DNA of 64,000 bases from Takakia lepidozioides (lineage: Eukaryota > Plantae > Bryophyta). The translations under genes were made by a program, and so were the position numbers. Position 1 is the stretch's first letter. The number at the start of each line of letters is the position of its first letter. The notes beneath the pieces were generated by a model, which had not been told where the DNA came from, made no database searches, and saw nothing but the letters and a program-made list of their open reading frames with translations. This document shows positions 1 to 13,964 of the stretch, in pieces. The stretch is from the NCBI GenBank assembly GCA_030704615.1, contig CM060734.1, forward strand, positions 14,694,001 through 14,758,000, given 5' to 3'.

Positions 1-2748
1 ATGGTCATCCTTGGTGCAAGACCAATACCTACAATATGTCTGGTGTTCCAGATCATGTGAAATGTAGTAAGGTTCTTTGTGTTGGAAAGCTCATATGTCA
101 AAGCAGCACTTGCCCCTTCTTCAAGAAAGAAGGAGAACGGAATGACCGCTATTGGGAAGGCAATGCAGACAAGGTGTTCATTGCAGGAGCCCAAGTTCCA
201 TTCAACCAGTTCAAGTGTAGTTTCTGCAAAGAAAGACCTTTCTGTGAGGCGCATTGTGGGGCAAGAATGTACTATGTCACAAGTTCCCTTCCAACATATA
301 CACGTGTTGCAGTTCACGTTGGGTTTCATAACCATCCATGTGCCAAGGGCGAGAATAGAGAGGCTGCGGAAAATGCATCAAGCATGATTCAAGAGCACGT
401 TAAGATGAAGCCATGGTCGACCCCGGGAGCTATTTCCTTGTCAATGGCCCAAAGCTCTTGATTGATCGAGTTCTTGTGGCTGATGGCACAGAGACAGTAC
501 GTCTTGAGGGAGAGGCTTTGGAAGATATTCTTGAAGAGTTTGCCCATGTTTGTAGCCCCAATGTGAAAAACAAGGTCGCATCTGCACGTGTCAATTCCAT
601 CATGTCCATATTGGAGTTGAAGCGTCTGAGTACATACCATTTCATTCACAGCAATCTCCTTCCAGGCCAGCATACTTCTCATCCCCCCATGTTTTCAAGA
701 TGTCTGTTGCTGGTCCCGGGAGTGGTGTTGATCTTGTGCGTCGCATGAGTGAGGGGGATCTACGCACAAGTTGGGTAGTATTTGACCATGTCAAACGCAT
801 CAAGGATTGGACAACTCTTGCGTGTCATGTCTATGAACCATATGTCAAGCGAATGATGACCATTGCCATTTGCGATATGAAAACAGAGGATGCAGATGCT
901 CAGGTGTTATTCTGGGAGATGATCAATGAACAAGCAAAACTTGCTGGCTTGAACAAACCAAATTTTGCTGGCTTCATGGCGGATGCAGCAGGAGCGAATT
1001 GGGCTGCTGTTCGAAGGGTTTATGGATCTGATCCCAATGTCCCAATGGAAGGTAAAGAAAGAACATGTTTATATCATTGGGCTGAAAGCCTCCGAAGACA
1101 CACCAACGACTATATCTTGGAGGACTTCCGTGAAAGGCACACTCAGCTCTGTTATGAATGGAAAGATAGTGCTACCTTGGAGGATGCTACAACCACATAC
1201 ATTGCAATTCGGGCTTGGTGGCTCTCTCAGGAGCATGCACAGAAAAGAGTCTGCCAAAACTAGATTCATGGCTTGCATGGTGGCACTACAGATATCGAAT
1301 GTGGGGCCAATGGATGAGAGAGGACATGGATGTGGAGGCAGATGCAGATATGCCTACCACTAATTTGTCTGAGGCAGTCCATTCTGCTTGGTGGAAGACA
1401 GCAGGCAATGGGAAAAAAATGAAGGTGGATCTATATGAGGCCACATGCATGACATGTCACGAGCTCTTTTGCAGCAGGCAACATTTTACAGGCACACCAC
1501 AGGAAAGACATGGGGGACGGGGCCCGACAAAGAGGAGCTCATGTTGCGTCAAGCAGCTAGATCTAATAGCCCAGCAAAAATGGGTAAGGTTGTACGTGGC
1601 ATAGTAGCTGGAACACCCATGCACACAAGGGGGTTCAATTGGAGGGAGACAATCGCACTATTCCAGTCAAACGCAAGTTAGGCGATGAGCATGGTGGGCC
1701 AAACGAATCTTGGAGGTGTGATATGAATGTAAAGACTGTTCCAGTGCGCGCCACTGGGATGCCCAGTCCACACCAGCCATCTAGGTTCGTCAGCTCCAAA
1801 TCAAGTCATGACATTCCTAGTTCTTCGACTTTCTGTGAGACAAATCCACATGTTGCTATCCCTCCTCAGCCAATGCAATGGGGAAATCCAGTGAGAGAGA
1901 CACAAGACTTTTCCGATGCATTGTTCAGGATTCAGCGGACAGGTCCTGCTTCCATGGTTCGTTGTTCTGCCTTGGTTGGAGTTTCTAAGATAAATGCAAA
2001 GCGCTCATCAGGAAAGGTAAAGGAAGTCCTGCACCTTGCTTCACTGGCAAGTTACTAGCACCGAACATGAAAGAACCAAAACTGCAAGTTTTTTGGTTTT
2101 GCCCCACAGATGTTTTGTCGTGTGTTGGAGGGACCGTGCCATCCTATTGCTTGGGAAAACCGGGTATACCTAACGTGTGGCCTGTGAAGGTTGGAACCAA
2201 CCTTACACAAGAAGAGGTGGACAACTTGACCCTTGCAGGTTTTCGACTAGTCTCATCCTCCCAACGTTCCTGATCCGAACTTTCCTGTGGGACCACTTCC
2301 AGTGGAACAACATATGCATCAAGGTGTTGTCCTTCCTGTGGGTAAGTATCCCACTACACGCTATGGGGTGCGCATTCGGCGTCGGGATCCGACTCCTCGA
2401 CACTTGAGTCGCCAAGAGTCAGCGGAGACTCTTATTGCTGAGGTTCGTGGATTCAGAAACGTGCCTCAGCCAGGTTATGGGAGAATTTACCAGCTACAAA
2501 CAGAGGGATCTACCAGAGCAGGATTGGTTTACAATGTATACATTGGTCAGTTTCCATCTTGTGATTGTCCCGACTTTGATGAGCTATCTGTCAAGAAGAA
2601 AAAACAAACATATCTACCTTGTAAGCACATGTACTTCATGTACAACGTGCATCTAGGATGCGCCGGGGCTTATGAGATCCACCAACCTTCCCTTAGCCAG
2701 TTAGAGGTTAGGGCTATGCTAAAGAAGGACCCTAGTTCAACTTCTTAG
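1..2748 (+). pseudogene. Mutator-like (MULE) DDE transposase with C-terminal SWIM zinc finger, frameshifted; 5' end outside the window (MULE-1)
   Basis: Fragments across frames: Zn-finger-like VAVHVGFHNHPC; first Asp region WVVFDHVKR; second Asp FAGFMADAAGANWAAV; MULE CxxH motif ERTCLYHW; Glu motif MPTTNLSEAVHS; SWIM YNVYIGQFPSCDCPDF...LPCKHMYF ending at 2748. Colinear homologue on the minus strand at 33552-36350. Confidence 0.85.
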
Positions 2749-3357
2749 TGACACATGAAATGCACAAAAAAGAACCTCTAACTTGTGCCGTTCATTTTCA
2801 TGCATGTGACATGTAATTATCTTGTTACTACTTTATTCCAAACATGACACATAGCATTTAATTAGTACAAAGTTCCTATTTTGGTTAAAATGGAACTTGT
2901 GTACCTGTCATACAAGTTTTCAAATTATAGAACTGCTTGGCATTACAAACAGACATGCAATGTGGTGGTTCCAAACATGACACATATGCATTTGTTAGTA
3001 CAAAAGTCCATATTTTGGTTAATATGAAACTGTTTTCCTTGAATACAAGTTTGCAAACTATTACTTTGGCCAGGGATCTTGTATTCTCTTCAGTTTAAGG
3101 TGGTGCATTAGTTGGAGTTAGTGGTCACATGCATCTTTGACCATTGACTACTGATTTTGTTAGCTAAGATTTTTATTTTATTTTTTCTATATACATATGA
3201 TGTAACATTTGCATATGCAATAAATACGTCGTATTCTATGTTATATAACTCCACTGCATACAATCTACAATGTGTGCATACAAATTTGTCACATGCATAT
3301 ATAATAAGGGATTTTGTGCATGCATGCACGCAACCTGTGCATATGGAATAGCAACCC

Positions 3358-6300
3358 CCGCGCAAACCCCTCTTCACCGTTTGAACAACTCTCTCTGCTA
3401 AGCCATCGGCCTCAGGATGATCCCCAAAAGTGGTGCCGTGGTCTATCAAGGCTTTATCACACAAAGCCTGAAACTCCCCCAAGAACTCTCTCCCTTGGTC
3501 CGTGAGTACCTCAGCTAGAGCACCAAATCGGCTAAGCACACGATCCAAGAATGCATACGCACCCCCTCACAAGCCTTGTCAGGCAATGGACCAACTCAAT
3601 CCACTTGGAGAAGTCTCCACCATCACCAACACATATCTGTGGTGGCGCATAGTCAGTGGCAACGGTCCTGCGAAGTCAAGACTCCACCTGTAGCCCAATC
3701 CCATGATTGGTAAAGGATGCAACTGTGGTGTAGGGGCGTTGAATGAAGCACGCACCCTGTCACACACCATGCACCTAGCCACGAACTGTTGCACCTCTGT
3801 ATGCATACCACGCCACCAATACTGCCCCTGCAGTAAACTGTGAGTGCGTCGCACTCCAAAATGCCCCAACTCCTCATGGGCATGCCGCACTAACCGTGCA
3901 CGCTGTGTGGGGTGAGGCACAATCCTCACCCGACCATCCTCCCACACTCAAAGTAGGTGTATCCCCTCCCACTTGAACCTCTTGGCTCGTTGCAGGATCC
4001 GATCCCTCTCCCTAGCAGTCACAGTGGCTGTCGTGTCTCCCGTGCGGAGGTAGTCCAACACAGCCGAATCCTCATGTATATCTCTGGCACCACCTGGCTC
4101 ATCACTAGCCTCAGGGTCCTCAGACACTCCGTCTATAGTCATCCCTGTGGTAGTCCAACCTGACCTCCCGATGCCAAGATACACAAAAATGCAGATGCGT
4201 GCCATCCCGGCACCATCGCCTCGTCCGTCTCACCATGCCACCGAGCTCCAGTGTCATCCTGCTGGCTCATGCATGGATTGCGACTCAATCCATCCGCATC
4301 CTGATTGACCAAACCTGGTCGATGCACAACCTGAAAGTCATACTCCTGGAGTATGAGTGCCCACCGTGCAAGCTTCCCCGTAAGCTTGTCTGACTCCATC
4401 AACCACTTGAGTGGCTGGTGATCCGTGACAAGGGTGAAAAGATTGTCGTATAGATAACACCTGAAGTGTGTCACGGCCCACACTGCAGCTAAGCACTCTC
4501 CCTCATATGAGCTGTACTTAGCCTCTGCAGCGTTGTTCGAGCGGCTAGCATAAGCCACTACGAACTCTCTTCCCTCATCATCCACCTGTGTGAGCACCGC
4601 TCCAAGCCCCAGCATGCTCCAATCCGTATGCAGCTGAAAGGGACGCCCCCCTGATAGGTCGTCTCAGGATAGGTGCCGAGGTCAACCTCGCCTTGAGCTC
4701 TTGAAAAGCTCGTTCCTGCTCATCTTCCCACTGCCACTCCTGGTCCACCTTGGTCAGCTTGGTTAGAGCCTTTGCAATGGTACTAAATCCCTTGACAAAC
4801 CGTCTATAATAGTTTGCCAACCCCATGAAAGCTCAAACTCACCTCACATCCGTGGGGCGTGTGCAATGGCCTCTACCTTAGTCTGCTGTACCCCCAATCC
4901 TCCAAGATATATCATGTGACCCAGATACTCAATCTGGTTGTGGAAAAACTTGCACTTCCCCGGATGCAACTTCAATCCGTGCGCTCTCAAGCGCTCCAAT
5001 ACCACCTGAAGTGTCTCTCATGCTCCTCCATCGTAACACTAAAGATGATGTGTCATCTATGTAGCACCGAGCAAAGTCCACCCCTGCTAGAATCCTATCC
5101 ATGACTCTCTGAAACTCTGCAGGAGCATTCTTAAGCCCAAATGGTAAGAACCGCCACTGATATAGGCAATCCTTGCCGTGCTCATTGATCCCCCAGAATG
5201 CCGTCTTCTGCTTGTCCGCCTCCTTAATTGGCAACTGGTGATATCCGGATCGTAAATCCAAAGTGCTAAAGGCCTTAGCATGCCCGATGGCATCAAAGAT
5301 CTCCTCTGGTGTTGGCATGGCATACTTATCGGACTTGGTCTGACGATTTACAAGCCAGTAATCACCGCACATACGTCTCTCCGTCCAATTGCCATAGACA
5401 TCCTCTTTGGCTGGCATCACTATGGCTGAAGCATACTCTCCACCAGAGAGCTCCACCAAACCTGTCTCCCAGAGATCTTGAGTCCTCATCTGAATCAAAG
5501 ACCTCTCCATGTCACTGTATCTATAGGGTCCCTGAAAGATTGGTGTGTCAGTGGCCAACTCAATACGGATCTCTTGACCTTCAGTGCTCCCAAGTCCTTC
5601 AAACTGAAGGCAAAGCAATTCCTGTAAGCCCTCAGGAACCACCGTATACGTCGTCTCTCTCCTTCGGTGACAATGGGTCCAATGTCAGGCTCCCAATTGT
5701 CCTCCGTAACTGCAACCTTAAGTCCAGTGGGCTTAGAGGTAGAGGACGCGTCCAGTGGTTGCTATGTTGCAACCTCTTGAGCAGTACTCCCTGCCTGCTC
5801 AGTCAATGACAATGCCTCATCCTGCCCCATCATCTCATCCTTGAGGACCTCCTCAACCGAGAAGAATCCCCACCTCATCCATCACAGCCGCCTTGGCTGC
5901 CAACTCCCTCTGACCTCGAGCACCTCCCACGTGTGCCATGGATGCATGCATCCCGTGGTCCTCACATGCTCGCCCCCACTCACTGCCTGTACCGTCTCGG
6001 TAGGCAGAGAGACCATTGAGGGAAGTGTACTCCGCACTCTGCGTTGCTAAGCCAGAGCCAAGCTGATAATCCAGGTCAAGCAATTGAGATCCATTGCTTG
6101 CCCCAACACTTGACGACGTGATCCTCAGAAAGAGACGACACCGCCGTGGTACCAGTGGTAAAACCCATTGCCCGCTCACGCTCGTCAGCATTAGGCTCCA
6201 CTAACTACTGCAACTGAGCATCCCACACGAACCAGGTCCACTATCCCGGAAAGCATGCGATCCTGGGAAGCTGAGCAGTGTAGGTAATGCTGCTCTTGGT

Positions 6301-9300
6301 TGAACCACCTTGTTGACCACTGCCAAAGGCGAACGGTCATCGTGTCTCACACGCTGAGACTGCCTCCCTGTGTCCAGAATGTTATCCACTGTGAGATGTG
6401 CTCGGCCGCTGCAACCCCATCAAATGCACGCTTGAGCAGTGCGGGTGGCATCAGTAGTCCACCATAGCCGGGACGAGGAGCCCGACCCCACTGTAGCTGC
6501 ATCTAGCAACACTGCTGACCCAAGCCACGACCGGACTTGATGCACACTGGCCATCACCCTGGCCCGATAATTGCCCATCAGTGGCACAAGATGTATGCTA
6601 GAGATACAGCTTGATGAAGCTGCAAGTGGCGCAAAACCCGCACCATCTCCCAAACAGACCCGACCTCGAGTCTCGCATCCATTGCCATGCCCGGCTGATG
6701 AATGCCCTTGGCAGGGCCACCTGCCACTACCATATCAATGGAGCCAACCCGCTCCAAATCCTGCGCCCCCAGCAACGAAATGTCTGCTGGCAAGGCCTGC
6801 TGATATCCACGAATTGCAGACACCGACAACAACTCAGGGTACCGCTGCACCAACAAGCAACATGGTGAAGTGAAACGCGTCGTTCATCTCATCCCTCTCC
6901 ACATACAGGTAACGCCAAACTCGTACACCTGCCTGTAACACAGCAGCCAATCCGGTGCTGATCCCGCCTAACAAGTCCAGAAGACAAATGCCTTCATCCG
7001 GATACTGCCACACAATAGGTGTGGTGTCCAATGGAGGCAACTGAGGTGGTCCTGGTGCAATCCCCGCCTCTCCTCCTCTCCGGATGGTACAAAAGCCTCC
7101 ACCCAGGCTGGTTGCACCCGTCGATCAGCATCCCTGGGCAATCCTTGCTCGTGCCCCACAATGGAGTCTGAGCAACCATGGTAGGCAACTCCGCCATCCT
7201 ACATGTCCCGCTCTCCCAGAAGGTTGTCATCCTCTGAATGCTCGTTGCCCTCAAGCACTCTCTAGGCCAACTCACTGCCGCTGTGATGCTGCTAGTGTCG
7301 GCCATCTTGCCTCGCTGGGCAACCGCAACTCCTCCTATGAACGTCACAGGGAGCTGCTCACGCCGGCCCTCCCCTGACTGCCATCAGGCCCATAGGAAGC
7401 TGACTCCTCCCAAAAATCCAGGGTGAAGCCCATGGGGTACAACACTGCCCCACCAACCAGGACATCGTATGAGACCGCGTCTGTCACAATGGCCTTGGCT
7501 CGCATCACTGAGCCATATGTAGGGTGATCCGGCCGTAGTCTGATAGCCAACTCACGTCGTGTCATGCCCCGAGCTTGCTCCGATCCTCCCAGAGACGTCT
7601 GTATCTGGAAAAGGACAAGGCTCCATATCCGCCTCCGTGAGGCCCAAGCGTGCAATAGCAGCTCTGCCCCGCATCAGTGGCTGAGCTCCCGAGTCCCACA
7701 AGACCCGCAGTGGCCGTACCTCTTGCCTGCCGGTCCACTTCAAACAGAAAATGCCATCCTGGTTGTCTAACATGACAACTCCAGGTGTCACCATGGCGCG
7801 CTCAATGGCTGGCCTAGCTGGCAGCTCATCAACCTGGCAGCTGCAGCTTGCCATGGTGCCGCCGTGGCAGTCTTGACCCTCAAATCCGAGGATCCCTCCG
7901 GCACTACACCTCCCAGTATCTCCGCAGAAGATGAAGTAACCTCCCACTCTCACAGAGTGTAGCTGCCAGTCTGAACACCTCAGCTGGTCTTACCCTCCGG
8001 CGTCCAATCATGGTAGCCGAGAACAATGGAGCTTGGCACACAGATGTGGCCGCTCCTAGCAGCACACTAGCTGCCGTAGCCCTTGGCGACACTAGGTAGT
8101 GGTGCTACCCGTGTAGCTCTCCCAATGGCATAGTAACCTCCGCCTCGGTTAACAGTCGGCGAGAACTAGGTGTCCATGGATGGCGTCAACACTGTCTCCG
8201 CCAATGTGAATGACTGAGGAAGCCTAGCCTGACGGCTTGCCTCCCCGCTGTGTATCCAACTCCCACCCTCACTGCACCTCGTGGCTCAGGAACTCGTGCT
8301 GCTCCTCGAGTCACGGCTGCAGCAGCTCCACCTGCACTAGTGAGTGCTTCTCCACACATGAATCCATGCCTCCCATATCTCCTCCCTCAGGAGCAGGAGG
8401 TGGACCATGTGGCTTAGAGCCGGTACCACCTGAGCTGTAGCCATGGCAGCGAGCCTCTGCTCTAGCTGCTGAAGCGGTTGGCCATGCTTGGTCAACACCT
8501 TGACCTCCGCGTCCTTGGCCATGTTGAGCTTGCCCTTGGCCTTCACCTCATGGCTGGCCACCTCGTCCTCTCTGGGCTGCTCCACCTTGCCCCCAGCCAC
8601 CATTGTTCCCTGGGAACTGGCCTAGGCGCAACTCAGGATATAAACCATAACACTGGGCCTCTCCATGCCCGTGCTGCCACAATGCCCACACTGCAACTGT
8701 GGCATGGAGGTGCATGTGCCGGCCCTTTGCCTCCCTCTGGGCAATCCTCTTGACATGGGTCCTCCACATGTCCAGCACACCACATCCGCCCGTTGTTGGC
8801 CAGCCAAATGAAAGACCCCCCATCTGAGGTCCCCTAAACGAGGTCCTCTCTGCCCTTCCCTGAGCTTCACCTGAGCCCTTTTGCCTTGACACGTTGAGTA
8901 GTGGTTGGCTAGGAGCACCACTACCCCATGGTGTCTCCTTATCAAAATCCCACCGTGACCACTCGTTCCTCCAACATGTTGAGCTCTATCCGCTCTGCCA
9001 GCAAAAACACATTTGCTAAGGTGGGTTGGGCCGCTTGTAGGAGAGTTGCATACCGCACCCTTCTCCTCAGCTCCTTGTCCAATATCCCATACAGAATTGG
9101 ACTCGCTGAGCTTCCGTAACCCTTGGGTTACATTTATCAAGCGCCTCATGCGAGTGAAAGCCTTCCTCACTCTCGGTCGGCTTCCGTTGGAACTCTTTGC
9201 AGCTCCGCAACTTCTCTGTCCTCACCCCTTGGTAGTTCCCTCTCAACTCTTCGAAGAACTCCACAACAGGGTTGAAGGCAGGCACGGTGCTAGTGCTGGT

Positions 9301-9465
9301 GCGGTAATGGCTTTGGGTGGACGTCGTAGCTACTGTACCACCAGTCCCACTGCTACTTGCTGAAGCTGCGGTGCAGGCGGCAAGGTGTAGCCACTGGCCT
9401 CGTGGCTCTAGTGCCCCTAGTGATGGAGACATAGTCGGGTGACCAGTACATCCTCACCCTCGATA
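3358..9465 (-). mobile_element. Internal region of DNMT-carrying Gypsy-like retrotransposon, copy 1 (gag-PR-DNMT-RT-RNaseH-IN, degenerate, truncated at both ends)
   Basis: Minus-strand order: gag (NPVVEFFEELRGNYQG, Zn knuckles), protease (LRVLWDSGAQP), DNMT, RT (RRMCGDY, FSTLDLRSGYHQL, LPFGLKNAPAEFQR, CYIDD), RNase H (VVAYASRS, ECLAAVWA, TLVTDHQPL, ADGLSR), integrase (HEELGHFG, CMVC, DFAGPLP, TDQGREF, ADGLAER). The PR-RT-RH-IN order is Ty3/Gypsy. Confidence 0.92.
6060..7000 (-). pseudogene. DNMT3-like C5 cytosine methyltransferase domain within pol, copy 1 (degenerate)
   Basis: EGICLLDLLGGISTGLAAVLQ (motif I), YLYVERDE (II), IDMVVAG.PCQGH (IV, 1-nt deletion), RLWWT (VIII); the ENV motif is deleted in this copy. 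Colinear with 47591-48545. Confidence 0.88.
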
Positions 9466-10558
9466 CTGCAGGTTTTGAGGTGCTGCTCTGTGGGTCTGCC
9501 AAAGGGGCAGCCCCATGCTGGTTGTGATCGATGCTCAAGGGGTTGGCATATGGGATGCTTGACACCACCTCTTGGAAGGTTCCTAACGGAGATTGGTTGT
9601 GTCCACACTGCTTGGGATAGTTGCAGTGGACATGACTGGAGGCAGCTAACGACATGGGAGGCCAAGCTCATAGGATTCAATACATGAGATCCCAAGGCTC
9701 AAGTTCACAGGTTGCAAGACGCGACTAACGATGGGGCAACTCTTGCACCCGGCCTCTTGATCTATCGAGTTTGAGTGTTCGGGATAGTGTGGAGGACTTA
9801 GTGAGGCTATGGTCACTATCACATCTTGTGGCTACCTGGACTTAGAGGGCCTAAGCACCAGCTAGGGGGCGATTGTGTGGACTAGTGACTGCCATATGTG
9901 GGCAACATAGTGGCACCTAGTGACTGAATAGTTGTAGCCTAGTGGTTGGCTAGTGGTTGACTAGTGGTGGACTAGTGTATACTAGTATGTGGTGTGCACA
10001 TGTATTGTGTGGTTTGGACAGCGATATAGTTGTGTAGCGATATGTATGCGCACGACAGCTGTCAAGTTTTTACCACTAGTGTGAACTAGCTAGGAAATAG
10101 CTAGCTTTTACTATTGACATTTGGGATTGGCCCAAGTGTCAATCCCAGGGGTCAGGTAGATTTAGGCCTGGAGTGGTTATCTTCACGGCAAGCGCGGAAG
10201 GCTCATCTTTCTCGAGTTGAGCCTCACCGCGCCTAGCTATGGCGCCGTAGTGTGGATTCCCATGGCGTTGGGTGCACTTGGCTTGACTTTTATTTGAGTG
10301 ATGAGGTTATATATGCATGAGTTTATGCTTCAGATTTGTGAGCTCGTGCTTGTATTCTCTTCTTTATCATTGTGTGGACTAGTGACTGCCATAGTGGGGC
10401 AGCATAGTGGCGCCTAGTGACTGACTAGTTGTAGCCTAGTGTTGGACTAGTGGCTGGACTAGTGGTGGACTAGTGGTATACTAGTGTTGTGGTGTGCACA
10501 TGTGTTGTGTGGTTTTGGACATCGATGTAGTTGTGTAGCGATATGTATGCGCACGACA
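9466..10558 (+). mobile_element. 3' end of the same retroelement family in the opposite orientation: PHD remnant, purine tract, terminal repeats B1 (9874-10057), A2 (10060-~10365), B2 (10371-10558)
   Basis: CDRCSRGWHMGCLTPPL PHD fragment; AGGGGGCGA before B1; B1 and B2 both end TATGTATGCGCACGACA; A2 starts TGTCAAG; matches 50560-51819. Confidence 0.9.
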
Positions 10559-10599
10559 ATATGCTTAATGACAACATATGCAATGTACGTACAAAAATT

Positions 10600-11400
10600 G
10601 GGAGTGAACCCATTGATGATCTATTTGATTACCTGCATGGTGCGAAAGTGTTTTCAAAGATAGACTGAGGAGTTGATACCATCAGATCCGGGTCCAGGAC
10701 TCTGATGTATACAAAACAGCTTTTAGAACAAGGTTTGGGCATTATGAATTTATGGTAATGCCTTTTGGACTCAGCCACGTTCATGTGTCTGATGAATTCT
10801 TTGTTCAAGAAGTACTTGGGAAAGTTTGTGCTGGTCTTCATGGACGATAATTATTTTTTTATTCAAAGTTACCAAGTCCGAAGAGCACAAAGAACATTTG
10901 CGAAGCGTCTGACAAATCTTAAGAGAGAATAGCTCATGTGTGAATTCTTCATCTCTCAAATGGAGTATTTGTGTTACATAGTGTCGCAAGATGGCATTAA
11001 GGTAGATCCCAAAAAGATAAAGACTGTGGCTGAATGGCCACTACCGAAAGACAGGACCAATGTGAGGGCATTCCTAGGACTTGTAAGCTTTTATAGAAGG
11101 TTTATAAAGGCATTTTCTAGGATTGCAGCCCCTCTTACTAGCCCGTTGAAAGGTTCAGGAGCAATCAATTGGACCCCAGATTGTGATGAGAGCTTTGAAA
11201 AGCTCAAAGATGTCTTGACTCCTGTGTTGAGGTTGATGGATTATAAGAAAGAAGGCCTAGTACTTTGCACAGATGCAAGTGACTAAGAACTGTGTTAATG
11301 CAAGAGGGTCATGTGATTGCTTATGAATCAAGGAAACTGAGCCCAGCAGAGCAGAATTACCCGGTACATGAGAAAGAGTTGCTAGCCATTATTCACGCCA
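10600..11400 (+). mobile_element. Degenerate RT/RNase H fragment of a different Ty3/Gypsy element
   Basis: [96 protein letters not shown], with stops and frameshifts. Confidence 0.85.
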
Positions 11401-13214
11401 AATCTACTTACTGGGGAGAGACCAGTACGTGTAGGGGACATCTAGCTTGACGTTGTAGAGCTCATTGAATTCGGTCTGACTTTGACCGTAGGCTGATGTT
11501 GTACTTGAGGAAACAAGTGGTGGAGAAAAATGACACTGGTGGTGGTGTCGAGCGACAATACAAGCTTACTGGAAGGGACATATTCTCATACGTGGCAGAT
11601 TCAAAACTTCAAGTTCATAGCTATTATATGGCAGTTCGTTAATCTTGATATAGAATGATTCAATCAGTCTTAATATCGTGTAGCTTGTGCCTGTATAGTT
11701 CTAGCAGCAGCTAAGAACTGAGGACGGCTACTTAGCACATGCAATGCCCATGCCGCTTCATACTTAATTCCTGATCTACCCATCAACATTACAAATTTGG
11801 AGACATCCTGAGTCTAGAGAGCTTTCGACTGAACGCAAACAGAGGTTGATGTAAGTGTGTAGGACCTTTGGGTGGTGTGTGCAGATGGTACTCCACAACT
11901 GGAATGTCGAGATGTGCGAGAAGATTATGAAGAACTGCTACTAGGCACTACCTGAGACGGGCAAGGTTACCATGCGGAGTCATTGTTGCCCGCCTCCAGC
12001 TTTGAAAATGGTAAACTAACACAGAACACAATTTTCATGGACCTGGGCATGCTGGCCAGCCTGCAACCTGGAAGCAGAGAGCGATCCGAGGAGGAATATC
12101 TGGACATTGCCTTGGCCGTTGGATTCTCCCTACTCGAGGTGGCCTCCCTAGTCTCTTTGCGGACTCTGTTATGGAGTTATTTAAATCTTGAACACCCCCT
12201 TAAGAGCATCCCAAAATCCAGACCTTCAAAAAAAAAAAAAAAAAAAACCTTCAACTTCACATGTATAAGAAGATTGATATTTGAACTGTCTATTAGGGGT
12301 TACACTGCTAAAGGTTGCGAAGAGAATAGTATAGAGAAGGCATCCGGAAAATCTAGAAAAGGCTTACACAGCCTAGAAGCACAAAGTGCGACCCGTCAGA
12401 GAGGTTAAGTCGTTTGACAATCATCAGGTCATATATATGAAATGCCAGTATTTAAGAAACTCTTCTTAAGCTTCCACAAAATATGAACAGGATGGTTGTG
12501 ACTATACTAAATTTCAGTTAACCCCTTGTCGAGGAATGCGATGTTCCTCGTGCCAAGCCTAGAGCATTGAAGAGGTTGGAGCACATGTGAGAGATCATTG
12601 GAGGTGGTCTTCATGAAGAAAGGAGATTGTGGCTCAAGGCATGTATAGCAACTTCAACCATGCATGTTAGCATGTGACAAGACAAGGAAGGGGAAGGTGA
12701 AGCTCATGTAATCATTCCCTTTTGGCTTAAGTTTTGTGGTGGATGGTTGATCAAGCAAGTGATGCTTATGTGGAGCATGCTCTTTAGGGCTTATGACTTC
12801 AAGTTTGAGAAGATGAGCTCTTGAATAGAGGTGTGGATACACATTATTGTGAATGAAGACAACACCTAGGTCAAGAGATGGAAGTGTGTGTGACTAGCCC
12901 ATGCAAGGGAAAAGCACATGAAGATGGCATACAAAATTCAAATTGAAGCAAGGCTTGGCGCTTGTCATTGGGCACCATAGCTTGCTATGAGTTCCAAGGA
13001 GATCAAGATGAACTTGTCAATTTGTAATGAATGCATTTCAAGGTAAGACAATGCAATCTTGCATGCATGTCAGGGGGAAAGATACCATGAAGAAGGTGTT
13101 TCTCACCATCACATGAACCCCTTAAGCCTTGGGGTAGAAGCATGGATCAGGAGCAATAATGTTTATGGTGTTTCTTACTATACTCTACAAACCCTAGTCT
13201 CCATACACTTCAAG

Positions 13215-13390
13215 AAACTGTGTATGGGCTCCCTCTTACAGTTTTGTGAACAGTGTATGGGCCCCCTCTGCCCAACATACAGTTTTTTGACCAGTGTATG
13301 GGCCCCCTCTGCCCAACATACATTTTTGTGAACAGTGTATGGGCTCCCTCTGCCCCACCATACATTTTTTGGAACAGTGTATGGATACAA
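13215..13390. repeat. Tandem repeat, about 40-bp unit, 4-5 copies
   Basis: Repeated ACAGTGTATGGGCCCCCTCTGCCCAACATACA-T-rich unit. Confidence 0.8.
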
Positions 13391-13529
13391 ATGCAGAGAC
13401 TTTGCCTACCATATGTTTTCATTAAAAGTGTATGACATCTAGGGTGTATTTGGAGGAGTATTGCCTTTGGAGGATCTTTGGGGGGTGCCTTGAAGGAGCT
13501 TTTGTAAGACACTCGAAGAGCTCTTGAAG

Positions 13530-13695
13530 GGGTGTTTGGAGGACTGTTTGGAGGACTATTGGGGGTCCTTGAATATTTGGCAAACCTTTGGAGCCGTTGG
13601 AGGCTATTTGGAGGACTATTTGGGGTCCTTGGAGGCCAATATTTGGCGAGCTTAAGGATTCTTTGGTGACTTGTGTGAGGGACTATTTGGAGTTC
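13530..13695. repeat. Short degenerate tandem repeat (TTTGGAGGACTATT core)
   Basis: GGAGGACTRTTTGG recurs several times; probably part of an LTR-like remnant at about 12500-13800 whose boundaries I could not fix. Confidence 0.6.
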
Positions 13696-13964
13696 TCGAG
13701 GGCCAAGTTTTGGCAAGCTCTTGGGGCCTTGGTGTATTGTTTGGAGTCCCATTGTGCAAGTTTGGGACATAATTGGAACGCAGGAGGATTCACATTGACT
13801 ACACGTTCCATTGTATGCTTCAAAGTCTGTACTTCTTTACAAGCTTCAAATATGAGCTCAGTATTGTGCTTGTATGTGGACCGTACAATATTCCAAGAGC
13901 GGAGTCTCTTTTGAGTGTCATTTTGTTTGGAATATGAAGCATAAATTGCCAAACTGTGAGTGTC

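Noticed and set aside
11400-13200. Gene remnant or solo LTR
   Set aside because: No recognisable protein motif and no TG...CA pair with a matching TSD was found.
13215-13390. Relationship of the 40-bp repeat to the MULE palindrome
   Set aside because: Only the short ACAGTGT word is shared; the unit is not palindromic.
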